Part shown: positions 40,101 to 49,784 of the stretch, in pieces
Numbering within the stretch: position 1 is the first letter of the stretch
Layout of the letters: the number at the start of each line of letters is the position of its first letter
NCBI GenBank assembly: GCA_038279365.1
Contig: JAYODI010000013.1
Coordinates: 23,406 to 87,405 of the forward strand
Direction: 5' to 3'
DNA length: 64,000 nt
Source of the DNA: Candidatus Latescibacterota bacterium
GTDB lineage: Bacteria > Latescibacterota > UBA2968
Position numbers and translations under genes: made by a program
The notes under the pieces: generated by a model
Databases searched by the model: none
Seen by the model: only the letters and a program-made list of their open reading frames with translations
Told to the model about the DNA's origin: nothing

Positions 40101-40839
40101 CTTCACCGTCATATCCCCTCAAATCATTTCTGCCCGACCATTAGACATATCTCGCGTAGAAATTGACTGGATGCAAACCCCCGAAGCCACCACCTATCGC
40201 ATTTACAAATCAACAGGCAACACGCCACTCACCTTACTGACCAGTCTTTCAGATCGCACCATTTACACAGACACACTGCTGGTCGAAAACCAAACCTATC
40301 GTTACCAAATTGCCGCGCTGCTTGCCGATGGCACCGAATTGCGCTCTGCCATTGCATCAGTCACGCCCAACAAACCACCCACAGTCACCAAACTCACTGT
40401 TCAAAATGCCACACAGCTTGAAATTTTATTTAGTGAACCCATGGCCCCCATCACTTCCGAACCATCGGGTTATCGCATCAACACCCTCGGTCACCCCACA
40501 TCAGTTATCTTAGACAAAAACAACAAACGCGCGTTGCTCACATTTGCCCAAGCCATTCCCACTCAATCTGCTACCCTCACCATCTTAAAAGCCACAGATG
40601 TGATGCATACCCCCATTGACGTAAACCTCACATATCAACTCCTCTCAAACCAAATTGACCCTGCACAATTTCAACGTGCCGATGCCAATCAAAATAACAT
40701 CATCGACTTTCCCGACTTTCTCGCTTTTGCACAAGCCTTCAACACCACCCATACGGCTTTCGATTTCAACAATGATGGGCTTGTCAACTTTCCCGACTTC
40801 ATCACCTTTGCCGCGCTTTTTGGCAAATCCCTTCCCTAA
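37144..40839 (+). CDS. Secreted S8 subtilisin-like protease with FG-GAP/VCBS repeats, Fn3/Ig-like domains and C-terminal dockerin-like pair
   Basis: Triad VAVLDSG, HGT, SGTSLSAP; DFNGDG, DFDGDG and DIDNDG repeats; DANQNNIIDFPDFLAFAQAF and DFNNDGLVNFPDFITFAALFG; signal peptide from ATG 37144. Confidence 0.9.
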   Translation: MFCLFLIFSFLIFPCATSHSQPFITPGEILVKFHNATTKPTSTELQNIAQQYGVIQIEPLTPARLTKPAYPHPFTNLYKIHLTGDPIAAAHAYSQHPNIAYAQPNHLFFPQETPNDPQYTVQFSLSNINWQTLYDALPPAQKQIIVAVLDSGVDITHEDLQANIWQNTKEANGQPNIDDDGNGYIDDIYGWDFTDAPNIPGFGDSTERDNDPKDETSHGTNISGVIAAVTNNNLGIAGIAPNAKIMPLRAGASLLAGGSFLQEDDLAAGIIYAVENGAHIINMSWGGPENAFVIRDALTYAANQGLVLVASAGNSGTPNLSFPAANNHTIAVGATDRSNALANFSSTGAAIDLVAPGLNVLTTQLNNTYTVRSGTSLSAPQVSGLAALILSRNPTLNPQQVRSLLRTTAKDLGTPGFDNSFGAGLIDAGALVTLISTVPPTVEILTPENESGATNTVNITAKITGGEITSYRLSFGIGRDPQSWTVLKSGAPTQDMQHTWNVSGLQDTITIVRLEALRNNGRTLEDRVQVHIQATAPTLSALAYGPIIDKERLTYEFRWLTDQRALGGVAIKPFGTTTFDTLYTGLVDTAHQLLLPNNLPAGPLTFQVIAKGENGKTGSVTPPAFTYVPYRIPTNGYTEVGTLPDGFLSERPTDFNGDGLPEIVIMPYIEGKTFGPVKIFEHQTNGTFQTVLTTTESFLPWAIGDITNNGKDDLLGSAILQFMVYQGTNTNPFPSQRIFDLSNTWGGEIADTDGDGINNIVARSGTDRGIRILQRGNDGAIREQSFLFDPTTGTGDLGTRFVIADFDGDGNTEILTGDGDGDLWITEHRVGGYTQTWLSHGEGDTRWVGGGKDIDNDGQIEFAVARATTDSNDEFNGYWDLEIYSMIAPDQYAIEWSTRITGVAATGNGIIFGDADGDQKNDIIVCLRPDLYVFRSDAPNLYRPIWYTPVSLMHRPMLADLNANGQPEILYNYNNAIHIVERSETAFTVISPQIISARPLDISRVEIDWMQTPEATTYRIYKSTGNTPLTLLTSLSDRTIYTDTLLVENQTYRYQIAALLADGTELRSAIASVTPNKPPTVTKLTVQNATQLEILFSEPMAPITSEPSGYRINTLGHPTSVILDKNNKRALLTFAQAIPTQSATLTILKATDVMHTPIDVNLTYQLLSNQIDPAQFQRADANQNNIIDFPDFLAFAQAFNTTHTAFDFNNDGLVNFPDFITFAALFGKSLP

Positions 40840-40845
40840 TTCCGG

Positions 40846-40874
40846 TTGACACACCCCTTCTGCACACGTACTAT
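40846..40874 (+). promoter_or_regulatory. Sigma70-like promoter of the methyltransferase, with GTAC overlapping the -10 box
   Basis: TTGACA-N17-TACTAT; GTAC at 40868-40871. Confidence 0.6.
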
Positions 40875-40908
40875 AACTGCGACCACAAATAAGGATTAAG
40901 GGGGAATT

Positions 40909-41763
40909 GTGCAGCAGGAAACCATTCACAAAAACAACACCGAAATTAAAATATATAACGGCGATTGTGTCTCTGGGATGCGCCAATACATTGCAGACAA
41001 AAGCATAGATGTGGTGGCCACCTCACCACCTTACAATTTGGGCACACCTTACAAAGATTATGACGACACAATCCCACGTTTAGATTACCTCGATTGGATG
41101 GAAACATGGGCAAAAGAAATATTTCGCGTCTTAGATGACAACGGGTCTTTGTTTCTCAACATTGGTGCCAAACCTTCTGATCCAAGCGTACCCTTTGAAG
41201 TTTTAGGGCGCATGCAAAAACATTTCAAATTGCAAAATGTGATCCACTGGATCAAATCCATTGCCATTCAAAAAGAAGACGTTGGCAATACGCCATATGT
41301 GACAGGCAATATTGCTGTAGGGCACTTCAAACCCATTAACAGCCCACGCTTTATAAACGACTGCCACGAATACATTTTCCATCTCACCAAAAATGCCCAA
41401 GTCAAGCTGGACCGATTGGCCATTGGTGTTGCATACCAAGACAAATCCAATATTGCCCGATGGCAGTCTGCAGGCAAAGATCGCCGATGCCGTGGCAACA
41501 CATGGTTTGTACCATACAAAACCATCAACAGCCGGGATAAGCAACGCCCACATCCCGCAACATTTCCCATTAAGATTCCACAAATGTGTATCGAACTTCA
41601 CGGCGTAGAAAATACCCATCGCGTGCTCGAGCCCTTTTTAGGCATCGGTTCAACCGCTCTGGCATGTCTTGATTTGGGTATAGATTGCACGGGGTTCGAA
41701 TTGGACCCTAATTATTATTCGGAAGCCAAGCGTTTCATTATTGACCATAGTCCAAATGCATAA
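40909..41763 (+). CDS. Beta-class amino DNA methyltransferase, M.MjaV-like (predicted m4C, GTAC), orphan
   Basis: TSPPY before HPATFP and [49 protein letters not shown] recalled as close to M.MjaV. Confidence 0.85.
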   Translation: MQQETIHKNNTEIKIYNGDCVSGMRQYIADKSIDVVATSPPYNLGTPYKDYDDTIPRLDYLDWMETWAKEIFRVLDDNGSLFLNIGAKPSDPSVPFEVLGRMQKHFKLQNVIHWIKSIAIQKEDVGNTPYVTGNIAVGHFKPINSPRFINDCHEYIFHLTKNAQVKLDRLAIGVAYQDKSNIARWQSAGKDRRCRGNTWFVPYKTINSRDKQRPHPATFPIKIPQMCIELHGVENTHRVLEPFLGIGSTALACLDLGIDCTGFELDPNYYSEAKRFIIDHSPNA

Positions 41764-41891
41764 GGCCACATAAAAAGCCCCACACAATGACCTTGGATGT
41801 GTTGATTAATGAGGCCATTGCGTTATGAACGAAAATATGCTGTATCTAAAGCATATTCGTGATGCCATAAAAATTCCATAAGGGATATTCC

Positions 41892-43358
41892 ATGAAAATC
41901 CTCCTTGCCTCCTTCAAACAAGAAACATCCACCTTCAATCCCACACGCACACCTTACGACCTTTTTAATGTGCGCCTTGGCAAAGACATTTTAAAACTGC
42001 GCGGCACCAACACCGAAATTGCTGGCGCGATCGACATCTTTGACCAACATACCGACATAGAAGTCATTCCTACTTATTACGCCAATTCTGTCTCGGGTGG
42101 TCCTGTTTTAGATGCCGATCTTGATCGTATGATCAATGAACTCTTAGATGCTGTGCGCAACGCACCACAAGCCGATGGCATGCTCATGGTTTTTCATGGC
42201 GCGATGGCCGGTGAAACCGAAATGGACCCCGAAGGTCGGGTGCTTGTTGGCCTGAGAGAAATTTTGGGCGATATCCCCATTGTCACCACATATGATTTGC
42301 ACGGTGTGATCACAGATCGCCTTGTCAAACACTCCGATATTCTGCTCCCCTTTCACACCTACCCACACATCGACATGTTCGAAACCGGTCAGCGCGGTGC
42401 CAAAGCACTCCTGCACTTGCTCAAAGACAATGCCAACCCCACAATGGTGCATATCAAATTGCCCATGCTCGTTCGGGGCGACGAACTTATAACCGCAACG
42501 GGTCGTTTTGGTCAAGCCATTAAAATGTGCCAAGATATTGAAGCATCAGAAAAAGGATTGGCTGCAGGGGTCTACATTGGCAACCCTTTCACCGATGTAC
42601 CCGCCTTACAGTCTAATGTCATTGTGGTGACCAACAACGATTTAACATATGCACAACGCGAAGCAAAAAAAATAGCTCAATTTATGTGGGACAATCGCGA
42701 ACACTTTAAAGCCCCCCTTACATCTTTAGAAGACGCCATTCGCATTGCTCAAGAAACCGAAGGCATCACCATTTTCTCCGACGCCGCCGATGCCACCTCA
42801 TCGGGAGCGTCAGGTGACAGCAATGCCATTCTCAAAGGCCTCATCAAACACAACTACAAAGGCAAAGCCCTCTTGCCCATTGTGGATGCACCAGCCGTAG
42901 AAACCGCCATCCAAGCAGGCATAGGTGCCACCATCACCCTACCCATTGGCGGAACCATAGACAAAGATCGACACAGTCCCATTGAAATTACGGCCACCGT
43001 CAAATTGCTCTCCGATGGTGTATTCACCTATGCCGGTGGCACGGCCGGTCATGCTGGGTTATCTGCCGTTCTTGTATCTGGCACCTACACCATTATGGCC
43101 ACCAGCAAACCAGTAAGCATTATGGATCAAGAGGTTTTTCGATCTCGCGGTATTGATCCGCACGATTTTGATCTTGTCGTTTGCAAATCACCCAACGGCT
43201 TTCGCGTGCATTACGAAGCCATGGCCGCACGTATTATCCCCGTAGACGTTCCAGGATCCACCAGTGCAAATTTGCTATCCTTGCCTTACCAAAAATGTGT
43301 ACGCCCCATCTTTCCCTTAGACGATACGGTGCAACCACCTCACGAAATTGTACCTTAA
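41892..43358 (+). CDS. M81 family metallopeptidase (MlrC-like)
   Basis: QETSTF, HGAMA, DPEG, DLHG, YPHID, SDAADATSSGASGD. Confidence 0.9.
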   Translation: MKILLASFKQETSTFNPTRTPYDLFNVRLGKDILKLRGTNTEIAGAIDIFDQHTDIEVIPTYYANSVSGGPVLDADLDRMINELLDAVRNAPQADGMLMVFHGAMAGETEMDPEGRVLVGLREILGDIPIVTTYDLHGVITDRLVKHSDILLPFHTYPHIDMFETGQRGAKALLHLLKDNANPTMVHIKLPMLVRGDELITATGRFGQAIKMCQDIEASEKGLAAGVYIGNPFTDVPALQSNVIVVTNNDLTYAQREAKKIAQFMWDNREHFKAPLTSLEDAIRIAQETEGITIFSDAADATSSGASGDSNAILKGLIKHNYKGKALLPIVDAPAVETAIQAGIGATITLPIGGTIDKDRHSPIEITATVKLLSDGVFTYAGGTAGHAGLSAVLVSGTYTIMATSKPVSIMDQEVFRSRGIDPHDFDLVVCKSPNGFRVHYEAMAARIIPVDVPGSTSANLLSLPYQKCVRPIFPLDDTVQPPHEIVP

Positions 43359-43378
43359 CATCTCCATTTCCCAGGCCT

Positions 43379-44482
43379 ATGAACACACTCTTTTGTCGCA
43401 CCTGCCAAACGACCTACCCTCCCAACGACATACGCTGGCGATGCAATTGTGGCGGTTTGCTCGATCTCAACTATCAAACTACTTTTAATCGTGCCAATTT
43501 ATCCACACGCCCTCACACTTTGTGGCGATATCGCGAAGCCTTGCCCATTGAAAAAGACGAACACATCGTTTCTTTTGATGAAGGATTCACGCCACTGACC
43601 CAAATTGAATACGACAGTTATACGCTTCACATTAAACAAGAACACCTGTTTCCAACTGGCTCTTACAAAGACCGCGGTGCAACCCTCCTGATCAGCCAAG
43701 CCAAAGCCCTTGGCATAGACCGTGTGGTCGAAGACTCTTCGGGCAATGCGGGGGCATCTGTTGCTGCATATTGCGCACGCGCAAACATCGCTTGTGACAT
43801 CTATGTGCCCGAAAGCACTTCCTCGGCCAAATTGGCACAAATTCAACTTTATGGCGCAACCTTGCATCGTATTCCGGGCACACGGGAAGACACATCAAAA
43901 GCCGTTCAAAAAGCTGCCCAAAATCATTTCTATGCCAGCCATGTTTGGAACCCATTCTTTTTTCATGGCACCAAAACGTTTGCCTATGAAATATGGGAAC
44001 AACTCGGCTTTCAGGAACCCGATGCCCTCCTCATTCCCACTGGCAACGGCACCTTACTCATCGGTGCCTACATTGGCTTTCAAGACCTCTTACAACAACG
44101 GCTTATTCGCAAAATGCCCAAACTCATTGCCGTACAATCGGTCCATTGTGCGCCCATCAAAAGTCTCTGGGACACCTCGTTCACGCCCCAAAAAGGCGAT
44201 ACCTTAGCCGAAGGCATCGCCATTGCCCAACCTGCCCGAGCCAATCAAATCCTCGATGCCATTCGCCAAACGAATGGCCAAGTCATTACCGTTACCGACG
44301 CAGAAACCATCACCGCACTCAAAAAAATGGCCAAAATGGGATTTTACATCGAACCCACTTCGGCCACTGCTTTTGCTGCTGTATCGCATTATCAAAAAGA
44401 AACATACGAACGCGTGGTGGTGCCCATTACGGGTCACGGACTGAAGGCCACAGAAAAATTACTCAAAATAAGCGACGCTTAA
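43379..44482 (+). CDS. thrC: Threonine synthase-like PLP enzyme
   Basis: N-terminal CxxC..CxCGG, EGFTPL, PTGSYKDRG, SSGNAG, PTGNG, EPTSA, TGHGLK. Confidence 0.75.
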   Translation: MNTLFCRTCQTTYPPNDIRWRCNCGGLLDLNYQTTFNRANLSTRPHTLWRYREALPIEKDEHIVSFDEGFTPLTQIEYDSYTLHIKQEHLFPTGSYKDRGATLLISQAKALGIDRVVEDSSGNAGASVAAYCARANIACDIYVPESTSSAKLAQIQLYGATLHRIPGTREDTSKAVQKAAQNHFYASHVWNPFFFHGTKTFAYEIWEQLGFQEPDALLIPTGNGTLLIGAYIGFQDLLQQRLIRKMPKLIAVQSVHCAPIKSLWDTSFTPQKGDTLAEGIAIAQPARANQILDAIRQTNGQVITVTDAETITALKKMAKMGFYIEPTSATAFAAVSHYQKETYERVVVPITGHGLKATEKLLKISDA

Positions 44483-44542
44483 ACAAGCCGTTGAGATATT
44501 TACGGATATTTGTAACAAAGAATTGAAAAGTTGCCTATTTTC

Positions 44543-44571
44543 TTGACAAACTTTACAGACCGACCTATACT
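44543..44571 (+). promoter_or_regulatory. Near-consensus sigma70 promoter
   Basis: TTGACA-N17-TATACT. Confidence 0.7.
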
Positions 44572-44631
44572 ATGCTACCTGCTTATTTTACAGACATATA
44601 GCTTACTTCCGGCCTTGCGGAAAGGTGCTTT

Positions 44632-45597
44632 GTGGGCGAATCAAATATCACAATTAAGTTTTGGGGCGTTCGAGGATCTATACCCACCCCCATTTCAGCA
44701 GAGTCGCTTGAAGATAAATTGGTCGACCTGCTAACAAACGTCAAGAACCGAGATGTTTCAACCCCAGACAAAGCCCGTGCCTATTTGCATTCACGCAACG
44801 TGTTTGAACGAAGCACCATAGGCGGCAACACCTCGTGTGTGGATGTGCGTGCAGATGATCAGCACATCATTATAGACTGTGGATCTGGCCTTAAAGAATT
44901 GGGCTGGTCGCTTATGAAACAAGAATATGGCCAAGGTCAAGGCGAAGCCCATATTCTCATTAGCCACACCCACTGGGATCATCTCATGGGGTTTCCTTTT
45001 TTTCAACCCGCTTACGTTCCGGGCAACAAATTTACCATTTGTGGATGTCACCCCAATCTCAAAAGACGCTTTGAACGCCAACACCATCCCGAAAATTTTC
45101 CCGCACCCATGTTTGTGATGGGATCTGATATTCAATTTAAAAAATGGACACCAAACCAAAAAAAGCGTCTGGGCAATGTGACCATAGAGCCGCTTTTGCT
45201 CGACCACCCTGGCAACTCTTATGCCTATCGCATCGAAACAAACAACAAAGTATTCATCTATGCAAGCGATGGGGCCTATAACGACCCGTCACCCGAAGCC
45301 ATGGCACGGTATCACACCTTTTATCGCAATGCCGATGTGCTGGTTTTTGATGCCCACTTTGATCTGATCGAATCTTTTCAAAAAAGTGACTGGGGCCACA
45401 GCACTTCTTTCTTAGGTGTTGATATTGCACTCAACGCAGGTGTGAAAAATCTACTCCTTTTTCACCATGACCCATTAAGTGATGACAAACGTGTGGGCAA
45501 ATTTCTAAACGCAACACAGCGCTACCTCAATCACATTGCCCCCCACTCAGATCTCACCGTATCTGTTGCCTACGAAGGCCTTGAAATCACTTTGTAA
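44632..45597 (+). CDS. MBL-fold metallo-hydrolase (phosphodiesterase-like)
   Basis: FWGVRGSIPTP, GGNTSC, DCGSG, SHTHWDH, WGHS, FHHDP, AYEG. Confidence 0.88.
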   Translation: MGESNITIKFWGVRGSIPTPISAESLEDKLVDLLTNVKNRDVSTPDKARAYLHSRNVFERSTIGGNTSCVDVRADDQHIIIDCGSGLKELGWSLMKQEYGQGQGEAHILISHTHWDHLMGFPFFQPAYVPGNKFTICGCHPNLKRRFERQHHPENFPAPMFVMGSDIQFKKWTPNQKKRLGNVTIEPLLLDHPGNSYAYRIETNNKVFIYASDGAYNDPSPEAMARYHTFYRNADVLVFDAHFDLIESFQKSDWGHSTSFLGVDIALNAGVKNLLLFHHDPLSDDKRVGKFLNATQRYLNHIAPHSDLTVSVAYEGLEITL

Positions 45598-45663
45598 AGG
45601 ATATATCATTCACCCAAACAATAGGGTGTGTGAAAATTTCCTGATATATTTCACCCATCCTCC

Positions 45664-47073
45664 TTATACCCGCCACACCACTTTTTCCCAATCCTCAGCT
45701 TCACACTGTTGTACATATTCGCCCACCACACGCAGCACATCACCTACAGATCCAACTTCGTCTACATCCACAAAATTGACCTCGTCTTTATGCCCAGCCA
45801 ACCAACTGCGAGCAATTTCCAACGCCCCCTTTTCAAATTCGGACAAAACAACACCGTCATTTTCATTTTCAAAAAACAGTTCGCGTAATCGTTCCGATAT
45901 ATGGGGCCAATTGCTTAAGTCTTGTTGCACCCGCAAGTGGGTCAACGGATGTTTTTCTACCAAGCAATACAGATCAATGGCATCGGGTTCTGCAGACGGC
46001 AAAATCATGATCGCATTTTTAATGGGTCCCAAATCAACAGTTCGCGGATGTACTGCCACCTGCGTATTAAACTCAGGATTACAATGGGTAATCATTTGTG
46101 ACTCCAAAAGCAATGCCGCCAACTCAGATCCCACCCGCTCTACTTCCATCGACCAAATGCGATCTAAAATGCGTTGGGTTTTTTCTGGGCGTTCAACGCG
46201 GCGTGCAAAATAACTGCCCACACGGTTGCGCAAATTGACAGCTTTTCCCACATAGATCACCACACCGTTTTGGTCTCGCATCACATAAACACCTGGTGTT
46301 TCGGGCAACTCGCGCAAATAAGTCTCATCAAAGGCATAAGCTTCAAATTGAACAGGAATGGTATCTGGATACAGATCAGCAATCAGTGCCTCCACAGATT
46401 GGATCCCCTTTTTTTCACAACGTTCCAAAAGCCCAAGCAACACCTGTGCATGCAAACTGGCCTCACCATCGGCCCCACGGTCTGTCATAAATGACAAGCC
46501 CAACAACGTGGCCAAGGCTTCAATATTGGGCAAATCGGCATCGGGAAAAAAGCGACGCCCCAAGCGAAACAAACAAATGCCCTCTTGCAAAAATGAACGT
46601 CCCAAAATCATTCGCCCCAAACGATTGACCGCACTGCGATAGCGCGGCAAACGAAAAGCCACAGGCACCGCGCCTTCGGAAAAATGCGTAAACGATGACA
46701 AGGTTTCATATCCCTCGCCATCTACCCGCACCACCACAGGTGGAAACAAAGCTTCATCACCATTCATTTGTATCCGTCGTCCTGCCAATGCAACTGCATC
46801 TCCTCCTTCGGTGCTGTGCACACACCCCAAACAAACAAACAAAGCGGCCTGAAGCCCTATCGCCTTATTTTGGGCTTTTAAAACCCACTTGCCCGACCCC
46901 AAACGCACAAATTGTCCATCATTGTCAATAGCCGCAGACACCACCTTTTCGGCAATGGCACCTTGCGCCCCTTTAATACCCAAGGCTTCACGGGCCAACA
47001 CATCTGCCGCAACACCATTGGGGTGTGCTTCCAAAAAAGACACCAATCGCGCTTTGACCCCTGTCTTTGCCAA
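45664..47073 (-). CDS. UvrC/Cho-type GIY-YIG nuclease fused to a degenerate DnaQ-like domain
   Basis: LPETPGVYVM..VIYVGKAVNLRNRVGSYF..ELAALLLE..PEFN; GAGGAGG RBS before TTG 47073. Confidence 0.75.
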   Translation of the reverse strand: MAKTGVKARLVSFLEAHPNGVAADVLAREALGIKGAQGAIAEKVVSAAIDNDGQFVRLGSGKWVLKAQNKAIGLQAALFVCLGCVHSTEGGDAVALAGRRIQMNGDEALFPPVVVRVDGEGYETLSSFTHFSEGAVPVAFRLPRYRSAVNRLGRMILGRSFLQEGICLFRLGRRFFPDADLPNIEALATLLGLSFMTDRGADGEASLHAQVLLGLLERCEKKGIQSVEALIADLYPDTIPVQFEAYAFDETYLRELPETPGVYVMRDQNGVVIYVGKAVNLRNRVGSYFARRVERPEKTQRILDRIWSMEVERVGSELAALLLESQMITHCNPEFNTQVAVHPRTVDLGPIKNAIMILPSAEPDAIDLYCLVEKHPLTHLRVQQDLSNWPHISERLRELFFENENDGVVLSEFEKGALEIARSWLAGHKDEVNFVDVDEVGSVGDVLRVVGEYVQQCEAEDWEKVVWRV

Positions 47074-47148
47074 TGCAACCCTCCTCACATAAACAAATAA
47101 AGAGGGGAAACCCCCTCTTTATAATCCCAAATAAATGACATCCACATG

Positions 47149-48573
47149 TTATTTTGGGGTCTGCCCTGCTTCCGCTTTTTTCTTAGCCGACCCTTCTTGA
47201 TAATCAATTTGAATCAGCTTTTTTAATGCATCCACCTCTTCATCCAATGCGGCGAGCTTTTCATTTTGCAACACCACCAAATCGGCATAAATCTGAGCAC
47301 GCTCTTCTTGGTTGACAATCACCTGACGCAAATCTTCAATTTTTTTCAACAATGCCTCCGACGACTCTCCCGATGGCAACCGAGGGCTTTGGCCTTCTGC
47401 GCCACCAAAGGCGGCCAAACGTTGTTGCAAAGCATCATCCAATTCCAAACGCTTGCGCTCAGCTTCTTCTATGGTTCGAAATAGGGGACGTTTTTCCACC
47501 GCATATTTAAGAACCGAATCAAAACCAGCATCTTGGTTGCGCCGTCGATATGTGGGTTGATCGGGTTTCAGTGCCTGGCGACGACGCCAAAACACAACCC
47601 CCAAAACAACCACAAAAACACCCCCACCCACCAACACCCAGGGCAAAACTACAAACACACTCGCCACATCAAATGACTCTCCCTCCAATGCCAGATCGCC
47701 CCCCTCTTCACCCTCACCCACCACCGCTCCCCCCTCGTCTGCAGGTGTGGCTTCTTCAGAGGCATTTTCCGCACGCATTTTCAAAATATCTTCAATAAAA
47801 AACTTGGCCTCATCGCGCCCACCCAACTGACGCGCCCGACGAAAATGCGTGAGGGCCTCGTCCAATTTATTTTCTTGTTTATATGCCGTGGCCAAATCAA
47901 AATGAATATTTGTATCATCGGGTTTGATTTCTAATGCTTTTTTATAAGCTTCAATGGCTTCAGCTACTTTACCATCATCTACCAATTCTTTTGCCTCTTT
48001 GTAATAATCAACCGCCTTGGGCTTGGGGGGCTCTGTCTTTTTTTCTTCAGGGGCAGCCTCTGTCGTTTCAGCAGGTGTTTGTGTTTTTTCCAAAGGGCTC
48101 AAAGGGTGTCTCATCACCATATCATTGCGCACCCATCCACGGCTGGTTCCATTGGGCATAATCACCTGAAACCACCCATTCAATTCACGCAACATAGACA
48201 ACATCTCACCTTGTTTGGCCGTATCAACTTGCCGAGCAGCTGTAGAAGCACTGCTGCGCACATTAATAACGGGTTTGATCACTTCTAACAAATCGCGGGC
48301 GACCACCTCTTCGGCATAACGCCCCGACATCCACGCCTCACGTCCATTGGGCAACAACACCTGATACCACCCATTGCGCTTGTCCAAACGCTTCATCAGA
48401 GTACCGCGCTTGATCTTCATAATCAGTGTGTTGGGTGCCGTTGTGGGTTCTGTGCGCACATTGACTTCATCTGTGCCCATCACCCGCACAGCCGGATCAC
48501 CATGACGCAACTGTGCAAAAACCGTTTGCCCACACAAGCACATAACACAAAGAACCATCAATAACGTTTTCAT
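47149..48573 (-). CDS. SH3b (x2)-TPR-transmembrane-coiled-coil protein
   Basis: Signal peptide; VNVR..GWYQV..W twice; TPR EAIEAYKKALEIKPD; transmembrane segment then RRRQ; C-terminal coiled coil. Confidence 0.8.
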   Translation of the reverse strand: MKTLLMVLCVMCLCGQTVFAQLRHGDPAVRVMGTDEVNVRTEPTTAPNTLIMKIKRGTLMKRLDKRNGWYQVLLPNGREAWMSGRYAEEVVARDLLEVIKPVINVRSSASTAARQVDTAKQGEMLSMLRELNGWFQVIMPNGTSRGWVRNDMVMRHPLSPLEKTQTPAETTEAAPEEKKTEPPKPKAVDYYKEAKELVDDGKVAEAIEAYKKALEIKPDDTNIHFDLATAYKQENKLDEALTHFRRARQLGGRDEAKFFIEDILKMRAENASEEATPADEGGAVVGEGEEGGDLALEGESFDVASVFVVLPWVLVGGGVFVVVLGVVFWRRRQALKPDQPTYRRRNQDAGFDSVLKYAVEKRPLFRTIEEAERKRLELDDALQQRLAAFGGAEGQSPRLPSGESSEALLKKIEDLRQVIVNQEERAQIYADLVVLQNEKLAALDEEVDALKKLIQIDYQEGSAKKKAEAGQTPK

Positions 48574-48604
48574 CTTCCACGTCCTGTCGTAACTAAATTA
48601 TACT

Positions 48605-49453
48605 TTATTGCTTTTGCCCAACAGCACACACCCATTCTCCTTCTTCCAACATATTCAAAATTACAAAACCTGCGCCGAGAATTGCCCGCTGAAAAGCGTC
48701 TTGCTCACGTGCCAAAATCCCGCCCAAAACCACTTTGCCTCCAGGTTTGGTATGTGCCGCAATTTGGGGCAGCATTGGCACCAAAATACTGCTGATAATA
48801 TTGGCCACCACCACATCAAAAACCCCATCAACCAATGACAAAGACCCTTCCTTAACCACCACACCTTCTAAAATGCCATTGATCTGCAGATTGTTTTGTG
48901 TATTGTCAACCGCTGGTGGATCGGTATCGACCCCAAAAGCCGATACGGCCCCCAGTTTCATGGCTGCAATGCTCAAAATACCCGACCCAGTGCCCACATC
49001 CAACACCCGTTCGCCACCCGAAATACACATTTCAAGCCCCATAAGCGCCAATCGCGTAGTTTCATGATGCCCTGTGCCAAAAGCCATTTTGGGATCAATC
49101 AAAATGGCAAAACCACCTTCAGGAGCTGGCTCGGGTGCCCAAGCAGGGCAAATAATAATTTTGGGCGTTGCATAAACGGGCTTAAAATAATCACGCCACG
49201 AGGTGGTCCAATCTTCATCGGGCACAGGTTCAAAATGCACTTCTGATACAATATGAAAGTCGGAAAGCATCCGTTCGCAAGCTTGCACAATCTCTGTTTG
49301 ATTGTTATGGTCTTCAAAATAAGCAATCAAACAAACACCTTGATCGACATTGTCTTCTTGCACACCCGCACAACCCAATTCAAATAAGTGTGCCGAAACA
49401 TCTTCGGCCTGTTTGACAGGCACAACCACAGCCACTTGAAACCAATTTGCCAA
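48605..49453 (-). CDS. prmA: Ribosomal protein L11 methyltransferase
   Basis: EDW..W, DPKMAFGTGHHETT, LDVGTGSGILSI, VVANI. Confidence 0.95.
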   Translation of the reverse strand: MANWFQVAVVVPVKQAEDVSAHLFELGCAGVQEDNVDQGVCLIAYFEDHNNQTEIVQACERMLSDFHIVSEVHFEPVPDEDWTTSWRDYFKPVYATPKIIICPAWAPEPAPEGGFAILIDPKMAFGTGHHETTRLALMGLEMCISGGERVLDVGTGSGILSIAAMKLGAVSAFGVDTDPPAVDNTQNNLQINGILEGVVVKEGSLSLVDGVFDVVVANIISSILVPMLPQIAAHTKPGGKVVLGGILAREQDAFQRAILGAGFVILNMLEEGEWVCAVGQKQ

Positions 49454-49527
49454 GGTTTTTTACCCAATTAATATGTTGATTTTTATTAAAATAGACAATG
49501 AGATTCCCAATAGACAAATACGTAGTG

Positions 49528-49556
49528 AATATAGGCTTCGCACCCTATTTTGTCAA
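49528..49556 (-). promoter_or_regulatory. Sigma70-like promoter for prmA
   Basis: Minus strand TTGACA-N17-TATATT. Confidence 0.6.
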
Positions 49557-49564
49557 TTTAGCAC

Positions 49565-49600
49565 AAAAAAACGACCCACCCTTTTAAAGGTGAGTCGTAT
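49565..49600 (-). terminator. Intrinsic terminator upstream of the prmA promoter
   Basis: Minus strand ACGACTCACCTTT-aa-AAGGGTGGGTCGT-TTTTTT. Confidence 0.7.
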
Positions 49601-49784
49601 TTGGCCGGCATCCCTGCTCATATTTCAAACCACATCCTGTGTAGAGGTAAACATCTATAAAGTATATCGTCATATTACTTAGAACCATTAGGTATTTCTT
49701 TAAAAAGAAGTCTGCAAGTCAAAAGTCAAAATCACTCAAAAGGACCAATAGCCATATTGAAGGAGATGACCTGTGACCTGCGAC

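Noticed and set aside
40909-47073. Methyltransferase plus GIY-YIG nuclease as a restriction-modification pair
   Set aside because: About 4 kb apart on opposite strands, and the nuclease is UvrC/Cho-type
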